Shown piece after piece: positions 8,619-18,879 of a stretch of DNA of 31,687 nucleotides. Positions within the stretch are counted from its first letter, which is position 1; each line of letters starts with the position of its first letter. Source of the DNA: an uncultured Ruminococcus sp. (GTDB lineage Bacteria > Bacillota > Clostridia > Oscillospirales > Acutalibacteraceae); contig CACXGH010000241.1 of assembly GCA_902767175.1 (NCBI GenBank), forward strand, positions 1 to 31,687, read 5' to 3'. Both the position numbers and the translations under genes were made by a program. A model generated the notes under the pieces. It had not been told where the DNA came from. It saw only the letters and a program-made list of their open reading frames with translations, and did no database searches.

Positions 8619-8647
8619 ATTGTAACATTTAAGCATAATTAAATCAA
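8619..8647 (-). promoter_or_regulatory. sigma-A-type promoter of the glycan-modification operon
   Basis: TTGATT-N17-TACAAT with extended TG. Confidence 0.65.
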
Positions 8648-8744
8648 GTTTTTGCACAAAAAACAGAAAGGGCAATTATTAGAAAAATAGCATATTTCAG
8701 GTGTTTTTTTGTGGCTTTGTACTATTTGATGTATTGTAAATATT

Positions 8745-10076
8745 TCACTTTACACAGCATATGGTCTGCTGTCCGTATGCCCTGAGGAGCTTTATTGTGT
8801 ATTTGTCTATCTGCTCTCCCGGCATTATCAGCGGTACTCCGGGCGGACATGGACATGAGCTGTCGGCAGATATTCTTCCATCAGCTTTGTCAAGCTCTAC
8901 AGTCTCCGTTTCTCCGAGCATTGCTTGTCTCGGACTTATTACATATTCAGGCAGTGATATTTTGTCCGGTCTGTCAGAAACGGGCTTGCCGTTCAGTGAT
9001 GAAATAAGTTTTTCAAGTCTCTGAAAATCCTGTTCGCTGTTGAATGGCGTACAAATCATGACTGCGTTTCTCCCGTCACAGAATTCAGGCTCTATTCCGA
9101 AGCCGTGCATAAGCTCCATTTGTTCTTTTTCGGAAACACCTGCACAGAAGGTGTTTATACAAACCCTCAGCGGGTCGCACAGTCCTTCCGGCTGAATTAG
9201 TCCGTGAACCTCTGCAAGAGCTTTTATCTCTGCAATTCTTTTTTCAAGTCTTCTGTATTCATTAATACCGCCGTTTTCAAGATAATCCCTGCACAGATCT
9301 ATAGATGCCATGATAGGATAAGAGGGGCTTGTCGAGCCGAAAAGCGCCATCGCCTGCTTTCCTTCATCTGCAAGCACGGCATTTCCGATGTTCAGTACGG
9401 CTCCGCCCGTCAGTACGGGAAGAGTTTTATGCAGAGAGCAGGCACTCATATCTGCACCGAGTGCGACAGGGTGAAGATTATGCTCCATAAAGGCAAGATG
9501 CGAGCCGTGTGCGTTGTCTACGAGCAGAAGTACACCTTTTTCATGGCATACCTCTGCGATCTTATGTATGTCGGATATTTCACCGTAATAATCGGGGCTT
9601 GTCAGATAGCAGGCTGAAATATCGGGATTTTCCGCTATAGCCCTGCTTATATCGTCGGGGTCGGCTCTGCCTGTAAATGATCCGCTTTCCGAGTGCGGAA
9701 GAACCCATACAGGCTCAATGCCGAGCAGTGCTGCCGCATTGACAGCACTGCGGTGGATATTTCGTGCGAACAGTATTTTTCTGCCCCTTTTCGATGCGAT
9801 TCTCAGCATTGCCTGAATAGCTAAGGTACATCCGCCGGATGAAATAAGCGTTCGCTTTGTTCCGAAAAGCTTTGAAAGGCAATCCTCGGCTTTAAGAATA
9901 GCTCCGTTCGCTTCATAAAGAGCGTCTGTATCAGGCAGTTCCGTCAGGTCAAGACTCATCAGTCCGTCAAGAAAATTACCCGAGCATTTATGCCCGGGTG
10001 TATGGAACGGCGACAGCCCTTTCCGTTTGTGTTCTTTAAGCTGTGTATACAGCGGTGTATAAGACATCTTTGTCAC
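8745..10076 (-). CDS. Orn/Lys/Arg decarboxylase family PLP enzyme
   Basis: FHTPGHK, DLTEL...D.L, RNIHRSA, TSPDYYG, VDNAHGSH, SLHKTLP (PLP lysine), STSPSYPIMASID, PCPPGVPLIMPGE. The start is GTG at 10076 (overlapping the upstream stop) or ATG at 10067 with a GGAG RBS. Confidence 0.9.
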   Translation of the reverse strand: MTKMSYTPLYTQLKEHKRKGLSPFHTPGHKCSGNFLDGLMSLDLTELPDTDALYEANGAILKAEDCLSKLFGTKRTLISSGGCTLAIQAMLRIASKRGRKILFARNIHRSAVNAAALLGIEPVWVLPHSESGSFTGRADPDDISRAIAENPDISACYLTSPDYYGEISDIHKIAEVCHEKGVLLLVDNAHGSHLAFMEHNLHPVALGADMSACSLHKTLPVLTGGAVLNIGNAVLADEGKQAMALFGSTSPSYPIMASIDLCRDYLENGGINEYRRLEKRIAEIKALAEVHGLIQPEGLCDPLRVCINTFCAGVSEKEQMELMHGFGIEPEFCDGRNAVMICTPFNSEQDFQRLEKLISSLNGKPVSDRPDKISLPEYVISPRQAMLGETETVELDKADGRISADSSCPCPPGVPLIMPGEQIDKYTIKLLRAYGQQTICCVK

Positions 10077-11329
10077 TCCGTTTGTTTTGTTGATTGTTCT
10101 TTCATATGCTCTTTGTTTTTATTGCGGACACTCATGAGATGTATCCTTAGCTTTCTCAGATACATGATATAGATGAAGATATTTACTGCGGAAAGAACAG
10201 ATATCGGTACAAAATAGCAATCCGACAGAAAATGAATATAGGTTATAAGCGTTACTGTGTACATCATGCATAAAAGATATATCGTTTTTCTGTCGATAAA
10301 TGCGATCAACAGGGCGAGTATCTCATAAACAAATCCGTAGCGCTCATGCATACTCGGAAGGAAAAGCACACAGGTGTATGAAAGAATGAATGCCATTAAT
10401 ATTATGCTCTTAAGGTCTGTATGGACTTTCTTTTTCAGGCAGAGCAGCATTATTGTTCCGAGAGCTGCTGCAGTGATGATAATTGCAGGATATTTCAGTA
10501 TATTATAAAGCTGTTCGGAGCTTATTACCTCTTTTCCTGCAAAATATGAAGCAGCATGAACGGTGTCGGCTGCTAATCCCCATACGGAGGGATAATTCAG
10601 TGCGACCGATTTATATATTGAGGTCTGAGAAAAATAAATTGTAAATACATCTGTAATACTTCTGCCGGAAATTATTCCCGGAAGGCTCAGAACGACCATC
10701 ACGACAGGAATGAAAAGCAGATAAAGTAAATGAGGTTTTTTCCTTATGAACAGAACAAGCACTATAACGGGCAGAAGGAATACTGCCTGCAGCTTGAAGG
10801 TGAAGGCGACACCGTATACTATCAGAGCCGCCATATCTTTCTTCTTTGACAGAAGAAAGAGGGAAGCAAGCCCGAAGAACGTATAAATTGCATCGCACTG
10901 AGCCCACCATGAGGAGTTAAGTATTACGATAGGGGAGAGAAAGACAAGCCCGAATGCTGTAAAAGCACGGGCATGTCTGTTTTTATCGGAAAGCCGGAAG
11001 ACGATATATCCGCTCATGACGGCTAAAAAAACATCGAATATACATGAAAACAGCTTATAGGCATAAAGTGCTTTTATCGGTATATATGTGAAGAAGGCTA
11101 TTATTGTCTGATAGAGAATATTGTAGTCCCCGACCTGCGTACCGAGATTGGAAAAACCGCCTGCTGATTTAATTTCATCAAACCAAGGAACAAGAAACAT
11201 ATCGGAATCGCCTGATGTCATATCACGCAGTGCAATTCTGATTATTGTGCCTGTTATAAAGAATAATATTCCTGCAATGAGAAGCTTCTTATTGAAAGAT
11301 TGTGCCGCAGTATTTTTTTCTTCCTTCAT
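10073..11329 (-). CDS. Polytopic GT-C-fold membrane glycosyltransferase (GT87/mannosyltransferase-like)
   Basis: About ten hydrophobic segments; GDYNILY, YKLFSCIFD, SWWAQCDAIY, KLQAVF and PSMHERY motifs. Confidence 0.65.
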   Translation of the reverse strand: MKEEKNTAAQSFNKKLLIAGILFFITGTIIRIALRDMTSGDSDMFLVPWFDEIKSAGGFSNLGTQVGDYNILYQTIIAFFTYIPIKALYAYKLFSCIFDVFLAVMSGYIVFRLSDKNRHARAFTAFGLVFLSPIVILNSSWWAQCDAIYTFFGLASLFLLSKKKDMAALIVYGVAFTFKLQAVFLLPVIVLVLFIRKKPHLLYLLFIPVVMVVLSLPGIISGRSITDVFTIYFSQTSIYKSVALNYPSVWGLAADTVHAASYFAGKEVISSEQLYNILKYPAIIITAAALGTIMLLCLKKKVHTDLKSIILMAFILSYTCVLFLPSMHERYGFVYEILALLIAFIDRKTIYLLCMMYTVTLITYIHFLSDCYFVPISVLSAVNIFIYIMYLRKLRIHLMSVRNKNKEHMKEQSTKQTE

Positions 11330-11361
11330 TTTGACCTCCTGATTGTTTTATTTGCTCCGTT

Positions 11362-11390
11362 ATTGTATCATACTATCCCCGTTTTGTCTA
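11362..11390 (-). promoter_or_regulatory. sigma-A-type promoter of the GT-C/decarboxylase pair
   Basis: TAGACA-N17-TACAAT with extended TG. Confidence 0.65.
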
Positions 11391-11463
11391 CCGACATAAC
11401 GTAATATTCACTGAATACTTATTTTCGGTATCTTATATTAGACTCCGACGCACTAAGCGGAGC

Positions 11464-11499
11464 ATTTCTGATTAAAAGTGTCAACTACTAATCAGAAAT
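11464..11499. terminator. Inverted repeat downstream of pdaA, possible terminator
   Basis: ATTTCTGATTA-N14-TAATCAGAAAT just after the stop; the U-tract is weak. Confidence 0.4.
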
Positions 11500-11504
11500 C
11501 AGTA

Positions 11505-12317
11505 TTACTGAGTCTTTGTCAGGTCGCTGATTTCTCCGAAGGTGTAGCCCATATCCTCCCATTTGGTGAGAAGCTCATCAAGTATTTCACTGTTTGTCTT
11601 TGAGGTGCTGTGCAACAGTACTACAGCTCCGTTATGAATTCTCGGGATAAGCTTATCAAACGCTTCCTCCCTTGTCGGCTGTGAATCATTGTTCCAATCG
11701 GCATAAGCAAGACTCCAGAATATAGTATTGTAGCCAAGCTTCTGTGCTGCTTTCAGGTTATCTGTGCTGTAGATTCCCTGAGGCGGTCGGTAGAACTTTT
11801 TAAGCTGCTGTCCTGTTGTTTCGTAATAAAGCTCCTCAAGTGCTTCAAGCTCCTTTTTGAAATCATCAAAGTTTGCTATACCCGACATATCGGGGTGTGT
11901 CATTGTATGGTTTCCTACCGTGTGTCCTTCACTGAGCATTCTTTTGACAAGGTCGGGTGAGGTCTTGATATAGTTTCCCACAAGAAAGAATGTTGCCTTG
12001 ACATTGTGCTTTTTTAGTGTATCGAGTATTTTTTCCGTATAGCCGTTCTCATAGCCTGCGTCAAAGGTCAGATAGATCTTTCTTTCGTTTGTGTCTCCGA
12101 GATAATAAGCGTCATATTTTTTCAGTTCCTCAGACGAAGCACTTCCTGTAGGTATACCGTTGTCCGTGCGGAAACTGAGTCCCCATGATACCGAGCCTGA
12201 AAGCGTCTGTAATGCGTCATGGTTTGAAATACCCGAGCCTATTACGGTGATGAGACATAAAACCATAATGCCTGAGATAATGCCGATAAGAGTTTTTCTT
12301 TTTAAGATCAGATACAA
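11505..12317 (-). CDS. pdaA: Polysaccharide deacetylase, PdaA-type spore cortex muramic-delta-lactam N-deacetylase
   Basis: IYLTFDAGYENGYT, ATFF, VGNHTMTHPDM, YRPPQG, FWSLAYADW and LLHSTS NodB-homology motifs; N-terminal membrane anchor; TTG start. Confidence 0.8.
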   Translation of the reverse strand: MYLILKRKTLIGIISGIMVLCLITVIGSGISNHDALQTLSGSVSWGLSFRTDNGIPTGSASSEELKKYDAYYLGDTNERKIYLTFDAGYENGYTEKILDTLKKHNVKATFFLVGNYIKTSPDLVKRMLSEGHTVGNHTMTHPDMSGIANFDDFKKELEALEELYYETTGQQLKKFYRPPQGIYSTDNLKAAQKLGYNTIFWSLAYADWNNDSQPTREEAFDKLIPRIHNGAVVLLHSTSKTNSEILDELLTKWEDMGYTFGEISDLTKTQ

Positions 12318-12368
12318 AAAACACCGCCCCTTATTTTACCGTTTATGGTAAATAAGTATGCGGTGTTT
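12316..12368 (-). terminator. Long hairpin plus U6 tract after the YbjN-like gene, overlapping the pdaA RBS and start codon
   Basis: Minus strand AAACACCGC-ATA-CTTATTTACC-ATAAAC-GGTAAAATAAG-GG-GCGGTGTTT-TTTG(TAT). Confidence 0.6.
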
Positions 12369-12374
12369 GTTTTT

Positions 12375-12812
12375 TTATGACACGAAGCAGCCCATAAGCC
12401 TCCGGAGCTTTGGTCTGTATTCGTCAACGGTATCAGCGGCTGCCGACAGCATATATTCAAAGATAAAGTCGGTAGGGCCGCTGTTATAAAAGCTTGATGT
12501 CATTCTGAAATAGATAAGCCTGTTTGTGATATCATAGCAGAATGCGCCGTCAGAAACACTGTTGTTTATCATACACAGTGCAAGCGAGATATCTCCGGCG
12601 CCCGAATAGGGTACAAGTCCTCCGAGCGGAGAATAAAGCGTGACAAGCATTTTTGAGGTGTCGATATTGAACATCAGTTTTATATCACCGTCATGCCCGT
12701 TTACAAGACAGGTGACAGTATTTCCGTTTATCTCATATTTTATTTCGTTTCGCTCAAGTACATCGCAAAGCATAGAATATACCCTTCCCGAGCGTGCTGC
12801 TGTAATTGCCAA
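12375..12812 (-). CDS. YbjN-like (type III secretion chaperone-fold) hypothetical protein
   Basis: 145 aa; the pattern ...LALCMINNSVSDGAFCYD...IYFRMTSSF... resembles YbjN-family proteins; TTG start with GGAGGAGG RBS. Confidence 0.5.
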   Translation of the reverse strand: MAITAARSGRVYSMLCDVLERNEIKYEINGNTVTCLVNGHDGDIKLMFNIDTSKMLVTLYSPLGGLVPYSGAGDISLALCMINNSVSDGAFCYDITNRLIYFRMTSSFYNSGPTDFIFEYMLSAAADTVDEYRPKLRRLMGCFVS

Positions 12813-12905
12813 AATAATTCCTCCTCCGTAAATATGATATTCAGTTCATTTTGGTTATATCACAACAGCAGTGCATAATGAAACGAAATTTGTAGCTGCA
12901 GCTAA

Positions 12906-14219
12906 TTATTTTTCCGACAGAATTATCCTTCTCATGTCGGACGCAAGATACAGTGAGCCGAAAACGACAACGGCATTTTTGTCACTGCCATTCATGGCAA
13001 GCGTTCTTGCTTTTCTATATGCTTTTCTAAGGTCGTTTTCGTACCCGACAGGCACTCCGAATTCAGAAACCATTGTTGACAGATCCTCTGCACTCATGGC
13101 TCTGGGATTGTCGGGCGTTACGGTTATTACTTCGTCAAACAGAGGAATAAGCATTGACAGAGCGGTTCTGATATCCTTATCGGCAAGCATTCCCGTTACA
13201 GCGACCTTGTAATACCCGTCAAGGTGTGATTTTATCAGCGAAGAAAGCGCTTTTGCTCCGCCGGGATTATGCGCTCCGTCAAGCAGTACAACAGGGTTGC
13301 TTTTCAGAAGCTCGGCTCTCGCAGGAAAAACTGTCTCTGCAAGACCGTTTATTATGGCATTGTCGGAAATATTCAGGCCTTTTTCTATAAGTGCGGCAAC
13401 AGTATATAGAGCTGCTGCTGCATTTTTGAGCTGATGATCGCCTATCAGCGGTATAGAAAGCTCTTTTTCCTCACCATTAAACAGAATGTCATTTCTGAAA
13501 GTAAACACAGAGCCTTCAAGTCCCGATGAAATGCACTTTACGGAAGAAATATCAGCAACAATAAGCTTATTATTTCTTTCGTCAGCGGCATTTTTGACGA
13601 CTTCATAAACACCGTCCGGCTGTTCACCATAAAGAACGGTAATGCCGTCGGGTTTGATTATACCGCATTTTTCAAAAGCTATTTTCTCACAGGTGTCTCC
13701 TAAAATTGCCGTATGGTCAAGTGATATCGACATTATTACGGAGGAAAGGGGAGTGCTGATGATATTTGTAGCGTCAAAACGGCCGCCGAGTCCTGTCTCA
13801 AGAACAACGACATCGCATTTTTCCCTTTCGTACCATTTAAGAGCGGCGGCAAAAACAAGCTCAAATTCGGTGATGATTTTACCTTCATTTTTCATTTCAA
13901 GAACAACTCTCCATATTTGTTCTATAATATCGGCAAGGTCCTGTTCAGGTATCATTTCACCGTTTATCTGAAATCTCTCACGGAATTCAAGTACAAAGGG
14001 GGAGATAAAAAGCCCTGTTTTATAGCCTGCCGCCCTGAGAATACTTGACAGATAAGCGCAAACCGAGCCTTTTCCGTTAGTTCCTGCAACATGAACAAAC
14101 CGAAGTTTTTTATCGGGTGAGCCTATTCTTTCTACAAGCTCTTGTACTCTTTCAAGCCCGGGCTTGCTCCCGAACACAAGCAGCGAATTTATCTTTTCTA
14201 CAGCTTCATTATATGTCAT
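12906..14219 (-). CDS. folC: Bifunctional folylpolyglutamate synthase/dihydrofolate synthase
   Basis: HVAGTNGKGS, FISP...ERFQING, VLETGLGGRFDATN, ISLDHTAILG, IAFEKCGIIK, LLDGAHNP, FGSLYL. Confidence 0.95.
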   Translation of the reverse strand: MTYNEAVEKINSLLVFGSKPGLERVQELVERIGSPDKKLRFVHVAGTNGKGSVCAYLSSILRAAGYKTGLFISPFVLEFRERFQINGEMIPEQDLADIIEQIWRVVLEMKNEGKIITEFELVFAAALKWYEREKCDVVVLETGLGGRFDATNIISTPLSSVIMSISLDHTAILGDTCEKIAFEKCGIIKPDGITVLYGEQPDGVYEVVKNAADERNNKLIVADISSVKCISSGLEGSVFTFRNDILFNGEEKELSIPLIGDHQLKNAAAALYTVAALIEKGLNISDNAIINGLAETVFPARAELLKSNPVVLLDGAHNPGGAKALSSLIKSHLDGYYKVAVTGMLADKDIRTALSMLIPLFDEVITVTPDNPRAMSAEDLSTMVSEFGVPVGYENDLRKAYRKARTLAMNGSDKNAVVVFGSLYLASDMRRIILSEK

Positions 14220-14298
14220 TCTTGTCTATCCTTTCATCATAATATACATTATAACAGGCATGGTAAACTGTAATTGAATACCATGCCTGAGATTGTAA

Positions 14299-14928
14299 TT
14301 AATTCTGTTCTTTGCGCTGCTTCTGAGCTTTGATTACCTTAAGTCGGGAGAATTCTTCTCTTTCCTTCTCTTCAAGAGCGTCAGAGATAAACTTCACCGT
14401 CTCCTCGAACTTGGGAATCATAATGTTCTTTAATGCATTGGCACGCTTCTGCGTTTTCTTTATCGCATCTGCAAGTCTGTATACACTGTTCTCGATCTCC
14501 GCTAAGTGGGCTGTTAGCCTCTTAACCTCACTAAAGCATACATAAGCTTCGTCAAATGCGGAGTTTGTAACTCCGAGACCGTAAAACAGATTGTTCTCAT
14601 GCTCGCTTTCGTCTATCGTTACAATAGGTATTTCAACGCCCATGACGCTTCTGTAGCTTAACTGCAGAGTATCGTCCTCGGGAACTGATTTCGCTATCGC
14701 ATCAATATAACCCATGGTGATATTTGCCCTCTGCAGTGCAAGATATGCCTTGCTGTAGGTGATATCTATTTTTGTTTGTATCTCTGCTGCTTTATCAATA
14801 AGCGTCATCATCTCTCTTACGAGAATATTGCGCTTTTTGTCAAGCAGCTCGTAGCCTGTCCGGGCAAGCGAAAGAGACTTTTTTGATGTCATAAGATTGC
14901 CCTTTGTAGGTACAGCCTGTACTGCCAT
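14299..14928 (-). CDS. ntpD: V/A-type ATPase subunit D
   Basis: PTKGNL, LARTGYELLDKKR, VMGVEIP, KTQKRANAL, DALEEKEREEFSRLK. Confidence 0.95.
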   Translation of the reverse strand: MAVQAVPTKGNLMTSKKSLSLARTGYELLDKKRNILVREMMTLIDKAAEIQTKIDITYSKAYLALQRANITMGYIDAIAKSVPEDDTLQLSYRSVMGVEIPIVTIDESEHENNLFYGLGVTNSAFDEAYVCFSEVKRLTAHLAEIENSVYRLADAIKKTQKRANALKNIMIPKFEETVKFISDALEEKEREEFSRLKVIKAQKQRKEQN

Positions 14929-14948
14929 TTATTATCACCCCATTGTCA

Positions 14949-16397
14949 TTATGCGTCATCGTCTGCGTCTTTTGCCGAAGAGCCGTCATCGGCAAAGGTA
15001 TGAAAGCTGAGATTGTCCGTGTCCTCAATATAGTATTTGTCAAGAAGTGTATCGTCTACACGGTCAAGCTCTGCTCTCGGAAGTGTTGAGAGCAGCTTCC
15101 AGCCAAGGTCAAGGCTCTGTTCGATAGTTCTGTTCTCATGGAATCCCTGATTTACAAAATACTGCTCGAAAAGCTTTCCGAACTGCATATACTTCTTGTC
15201 AACAGGAGACAGTTCCTCTTCACCGATAACCGATGCGAGAGAACGGGCGTCCTGTACACGGGCGTATGAAGCAAAAAGCTGGTTTGCAAGTGCCTGATGG
15301 TCGGCTCTTGTGTAGCCTTCACCGATACCGTCTTTCATAAGTCTAGAGAGAGAGGGAAGGACCGATACCGGAGGATAGAAGCCTGAGCCTTCAAGCTGTC
15401 TGTCAAGAACTATCTGACCTTCTGTGATATAGCCTGTAAGGTCAGGTACAGGGTGGGTAATATCATCGTTGGGCATTGTGAGTATCGGTATCTGTGTTAC
15501 CGAACCTTTGCTGCCCTTTATCATTCCTGCACGCTCATATAATGAGGCAAGGTCAGAGTAGAGATAGCCGGGGAAGCCCTTTCTTCCCGGAATTTCTCCC
15601 TTTGAGGAGGAGAACTCACGGAGAGCCTCTGCGTACGATGTCATGTCTGTCATAATTACGAGAACGTGCATATTGCATTCAAAAGCGAGATACTCCGCTG
15701 CAGTGAGTGCGCATCTCGGAGTAAGTGTTCTTTCAATGATAGGATCATTTGCAAGGTTAAGGAACATTACAACTCGTGAAAGAACGCCGCTCTCGTCAAA
15801 GCTTCTGCGGAAATAATCAGCGACATCGTTCTTAACGCCCATTGCGGCAAATACTATACCGAATTTATTGTCTCCGTCAGTATCTGATATCTTAGCCTGT
15901 CTGACTATCTGTACTGCAAGCTCATTGTGCTTCATACCTGAGCCTGAGAAGATAGGGAGCTTCTGACCTCTGATAAGAGTCATAAGAGTATCTATTGTGG
16001 AAATACCTGTATTTATATAGTTTCTCGGATAAACACGGGAAACAGGATTCATCGGTGTGCCGTTGACATTTGCTCTTTTAACGGGGTATATCTCACCAAG
16101 ACCGTCAATAGGTCTGCCGGCTCCGCTGAATACTCTTCCCATTATTTCAGGAGAGAGCGGAAGCTCCATTGGTCTTGCCTTTAGTCTTGTTCTTGTATTG
16201 TCGAGGGAAATTGACTTTGTTCCTTCGAAAACCTGAACGACAATGCGCTTGCCGTCTATCTGAACAATTCTTCCGTGACGGTAAGTTCCGTTTTCAAGTC
16301 TGATATCTACCATTTCCTCGTATGAGGCATTATCAACATTATCAAGCACTATAAGAGAACCGTTTATCTCTTTTACACCGACATAATCGAGAATCAT
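14949..16397 (-). CDS. ntpB: V/A-type ATPase subunit B
   Basis: [72 protein letters not shown]. Confidence 0.97.
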   Translation of the reverse strand: MILDYVGVKEINGSLIVLDNVDNASYEEMVDIRLENGTYRHGRIVQIDGKRIVVQVFEGTKSISLDNTRTRLKARPMELPLSPEIMGRVFSGAGRPIDGLGEIYPVKRANVNGTPMNPVSRVYPRNYINTGISTIDTLMTLIRGQKLPIFSGSGMKHNELAVQIVRQAKISDTDGDNKFGIVFAAMGVKNDVADYFRRSFDESGVLSRVVMFLNLANDPIIERTLTPRCALTAAEYLAFECNMHVLVIMTDMTSYAEALREFSSSKGEIPGRKGFPGYLYSDLASLYERAGMIKGSKGSVTQIPILTMPNDDITHPVPDLTGYITEGQIVLDRQLEGSGFYPPVSVLPSLSRLMKDGIGEGYTRADHQALANQLFASYARVQDARSLASVIGEEELSPVDKKYMQFGKLFEQYFVNQGFHENRTIEQSLDLGWKLLSTLPRAELDRVDDTLLDKYYIEDTDNLSFHTFADDGSSAKDADDDA

Positions 16398-16479
16398 TTA
16401 ATTCACATCCTTGTATTCCGAAAGGGTGACTGCTCACCCTTGCAGTCGGTTATTGTCAGACTGCGGAGTCTTTAAAGGC

Positions 16480-18237
16480 TCAGGCAGTCAGTTGGGCGAG
16501 AGCATTGTCGATGTCTGAAATAAGCTCATCGAAAAGCTCGGGCTTGTTATTGGGAATGTCGTACTTCATCTTTGCAAGGCGCTCAAACAGTCCTAACTCC
16601 ATAATGCGTGAGATCGGGATAGCGGCGGCTATTATCTTTTTGGCTTTAGAATAAAGGTGAAGTATGGCCTTCATCATGAGCTTCTGCTTCTCAAGCGGAA
16701 CGAAGGTATCGTCTGCATGGAAGGCATTCTGCTGCAGGAAGCCAACACGGACAGCCTTTGCTATCTCTATTACAAGCTTCTGGTCATCGGGCAGAACATC
16801 TGAGCCGATGAGCTTGACTATTTCCATAAGGGAGCTTTCCTCGTGGAGAATAGCCGTAATTTTATTCCTGTATTTTATGAAATCATCACCGAGATTTTCC
16901 CTGAACCACGGGTCAAGGTCGGTGAAGTATTCGCTGTAGCTGTCCATCCAATTTATCGCAGGATAATGTCTTGCATAGGCAAGTGACTTATCAAGAGCCC
17001 AGAAGCAGCGAGTAAAACGCTTTGTGTTCTGTGTAACAGGCTCAGAGAAGTCTGAACCCTGAGGAGATACAGCTCCGATAATAGTTACGGAGCCTTCGCT
17101 GCCGCAGAGGGTATCAACACGGCCTGCTCTTTCATAGAATTCAGAAAGTCTTGACGGCAGGTAAGCAGGGAAGCCTTCTTCTGCAGGCATTTCCTCGAGT
17201 CGTCCGGAGATCTCTCTCAATGCCTCAGCCCATCTTGATGTAGAGTCAGCCATTATTGCTACATGGTAGCCCATGTCACGGTAATACTCTGCAAGGGTAA
17301 GACCTGTATAAATAGATGCCTCACGGGCAGCAACAGGCATATTTGAGGTATTTGCGATAAGCACTGTTCTGTCCGTCATAGGTCTGCCTGATTTCGGGTC
17401 GATAAGCTCGGAAAACTCATCAAGTACCTGACTCATCTCATTTCCTCTCTCACCGCAGCCTACATAGACTATGATATCCGCATCGCACCATTTAGCAAGC
17501 TGGTGCTGCGTCATTGTCTTTCCTGTGCCGAAGCCTCCGGGTATTGCAGCAGTTCCGCCCTTTGAGATAGGGAACATCGTGTCAATGACACGCTGACCCG
17601 TGATAAGCGGTACAGTTGCAGGAAGTCTCTGCTTACAGGGGCGGGCGCTTCTTATCGGCCATTTCTGACAAAGTGTAAGCTCATGCTCATTGCCGCTGTC
17701 GTCCTTTATAGTGACAATGGTATCATTGAGCTTATATTTTCCGTTTGCGGCAGCTTTAATAACCGTTCCGCTGAGCAGCGGAGGTACTATAAAGCGGTGC
17801 TCGATAATAGCTGTTTCAGGGCAGACTGCATATATCTGACCGCCCGTCAGCTTATCGCCCTTTTTGACCTTTACGGTGACATCCCATTCCTTATCAAGGT
17901 CGAGGGAGGATACTGCAGCACCTCTTGATATGAAGGAGCCGCTTGTTTCCTCGATAGCCTTAAGGGGACGCTCAATTCCGTCGAATATATTGTCGATAAT
18001 ACCCGGACCTAACAGAACGTTCATAGGTGCGCCCGTTCCGTAAATCGGGTCACCGGGTTTAAGACCTGTTGTTTCCTCATAGACCTGAACGGTCGTAAAT
18101 TTGTCGTTTATGCCGATTATCTCTCCTACAAGACGGGCTTCACCGACATAGACCATTTCCATCATGGAAAAGTTTCTTGTATTTCTGACGGTAACAACAG
18201 GGCCGTTTATTCCGTAAATAACATCATTTGTTGCCAT
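16480..18237 (-). CDS. ntpA: V/A-type ATPase subunit A (catalytic)
   Basis: P-loop [58 protein letters not shown]; no intein. Confidence 0.97.
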   Translation of the reverse strand: MATNDVIYGINGPVVTVRNTRNFSMMEMVYVGEARLVGEIIGINDKFTTVQVYEETTGLKPGDPIYGTGAPMNVLLGPGIIDNIFDGIERPLKAIEETSGSFISRGAAVSSLDLDKEWDVTVKVKKGDKLTGGQIYAVCPETAIIEHRFIVPPLLSGTVIKAAANGKYKLNDTIVTIKDDSGNEHELTLCQKWPIRSARPCKQRLPATVPLITGQRVIDTMFPISKGGTAAIPGGFGTGKTMTQHQLAKWCDADIIVYVGCGERGNEMSQVLDEFSELIDPKSGRPMTDRTVLIANTSNMPVAAREASIYTGLTLAEYYRDMGYHVAIMADSTSRWAEALREISGRLEEMPAEEGFPAYLPSRLSEFYERAGRVDTLCGSEGSVTIIGAVSPQGSDFSEPVTQNTKRFTRCFWALDKSLAYARHYPAINWMDSYSEYFTDLDPWFRENLGDDFIKYRNKITAILHEESSLMEIVKLIGSDVLPDDQKLVIEIAKAVRVGFLQQNAFHADDTFVPLEKQKLMMKAILHLYSKAKKIIAAAIPISRIMELGLFERLAKMKYDIPNNKPELFDELISDIDNALAQLTA

Positions 18238-18260
18238 TTAATAAACCATCCCATCTTTTT

Positions 18261-18860
18261 TTATTCGGTGACGGAAAGGCCGGAGTGCTCATAGAACCAT
18301 TCCTTCTGATACATCAGCTTGGTGTCAAGCGTCTCGTCAGCAATAAGTCCCATGCTGCGGCTCAATCCCGTGATACCGCCTATTTTGATATCATCAGAGA
18401 TCATGATCTCGCATTTTCCCGAGAATGCAGCCTTGAGCTTCTTCTCGTATTTCATATCGCTCTCTCTGACATAAAGTATAACATCGTCCGCTTTAAGAGC
18501 CTTGCCGATTTCCTTTGCGCTTTTCTCAAGGAGAGAAGAGTATTTTTCCGTTTTTGTAAATTCAAGCAGCTTTTTCTCTGCCTTGACAAATACTTCGTCC
18601 TCTATCTCACGGCGTTTTGCAAATATCCTGTTCCTGCTTTCGCCTTCTGCCTTTGAAAGCTCGCTGGATATCTTATTGTTGATATCAGCCATTTTCTTCT
18701 GTATAAGGTCGTATGCTTCTTTCAGACCTTCTTCTTCGGCATTATTCAGCTCGCGCTCTCTGAATTCCTCTGCCTCGGACTGCAGGCGTCCGCGCTGCTC
18801 CTCGGCATATTTTTCAATAGCCTTCAAAAAGTTATCTGTTTTGCTAACCGTATCGGGCAT
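18261..18860 (-). CDS. ntpE: V/A-type ATPase subunit E
   Basis: N-terminal coiled coil, C-terminal IGGI...ADETLD motif, operon position. Confidence 0.85.
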   Translation of the reverse strand: MPDTVSKTDNFLKAIEKYAEEQRGRLQSEAEEFRERELNNAEEEGLKEAYDLIQKKMADINNKISSELSKAEGESRNRIFAKRREIEDEVFVKAEKKLLEFTKTEKYSSLLEKSAKEIGKALKADDVILYVRESDMKYEKKLKAAFSGKCEIMISDDIKIGGITGLSRSMGLIADETLDTKLMYQKEWFYEHSGLSVTE

Positions 18861-18879
18861 GATTTCACCTCCGCACAGT

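Noticed and set aside
16459-16489. Hairpin overlapping the ntpA stop codon
   Set aside because: The stem is imperfect on the sense strand, has no U-tract and is partly constrained by coding sequence; too weak to call.
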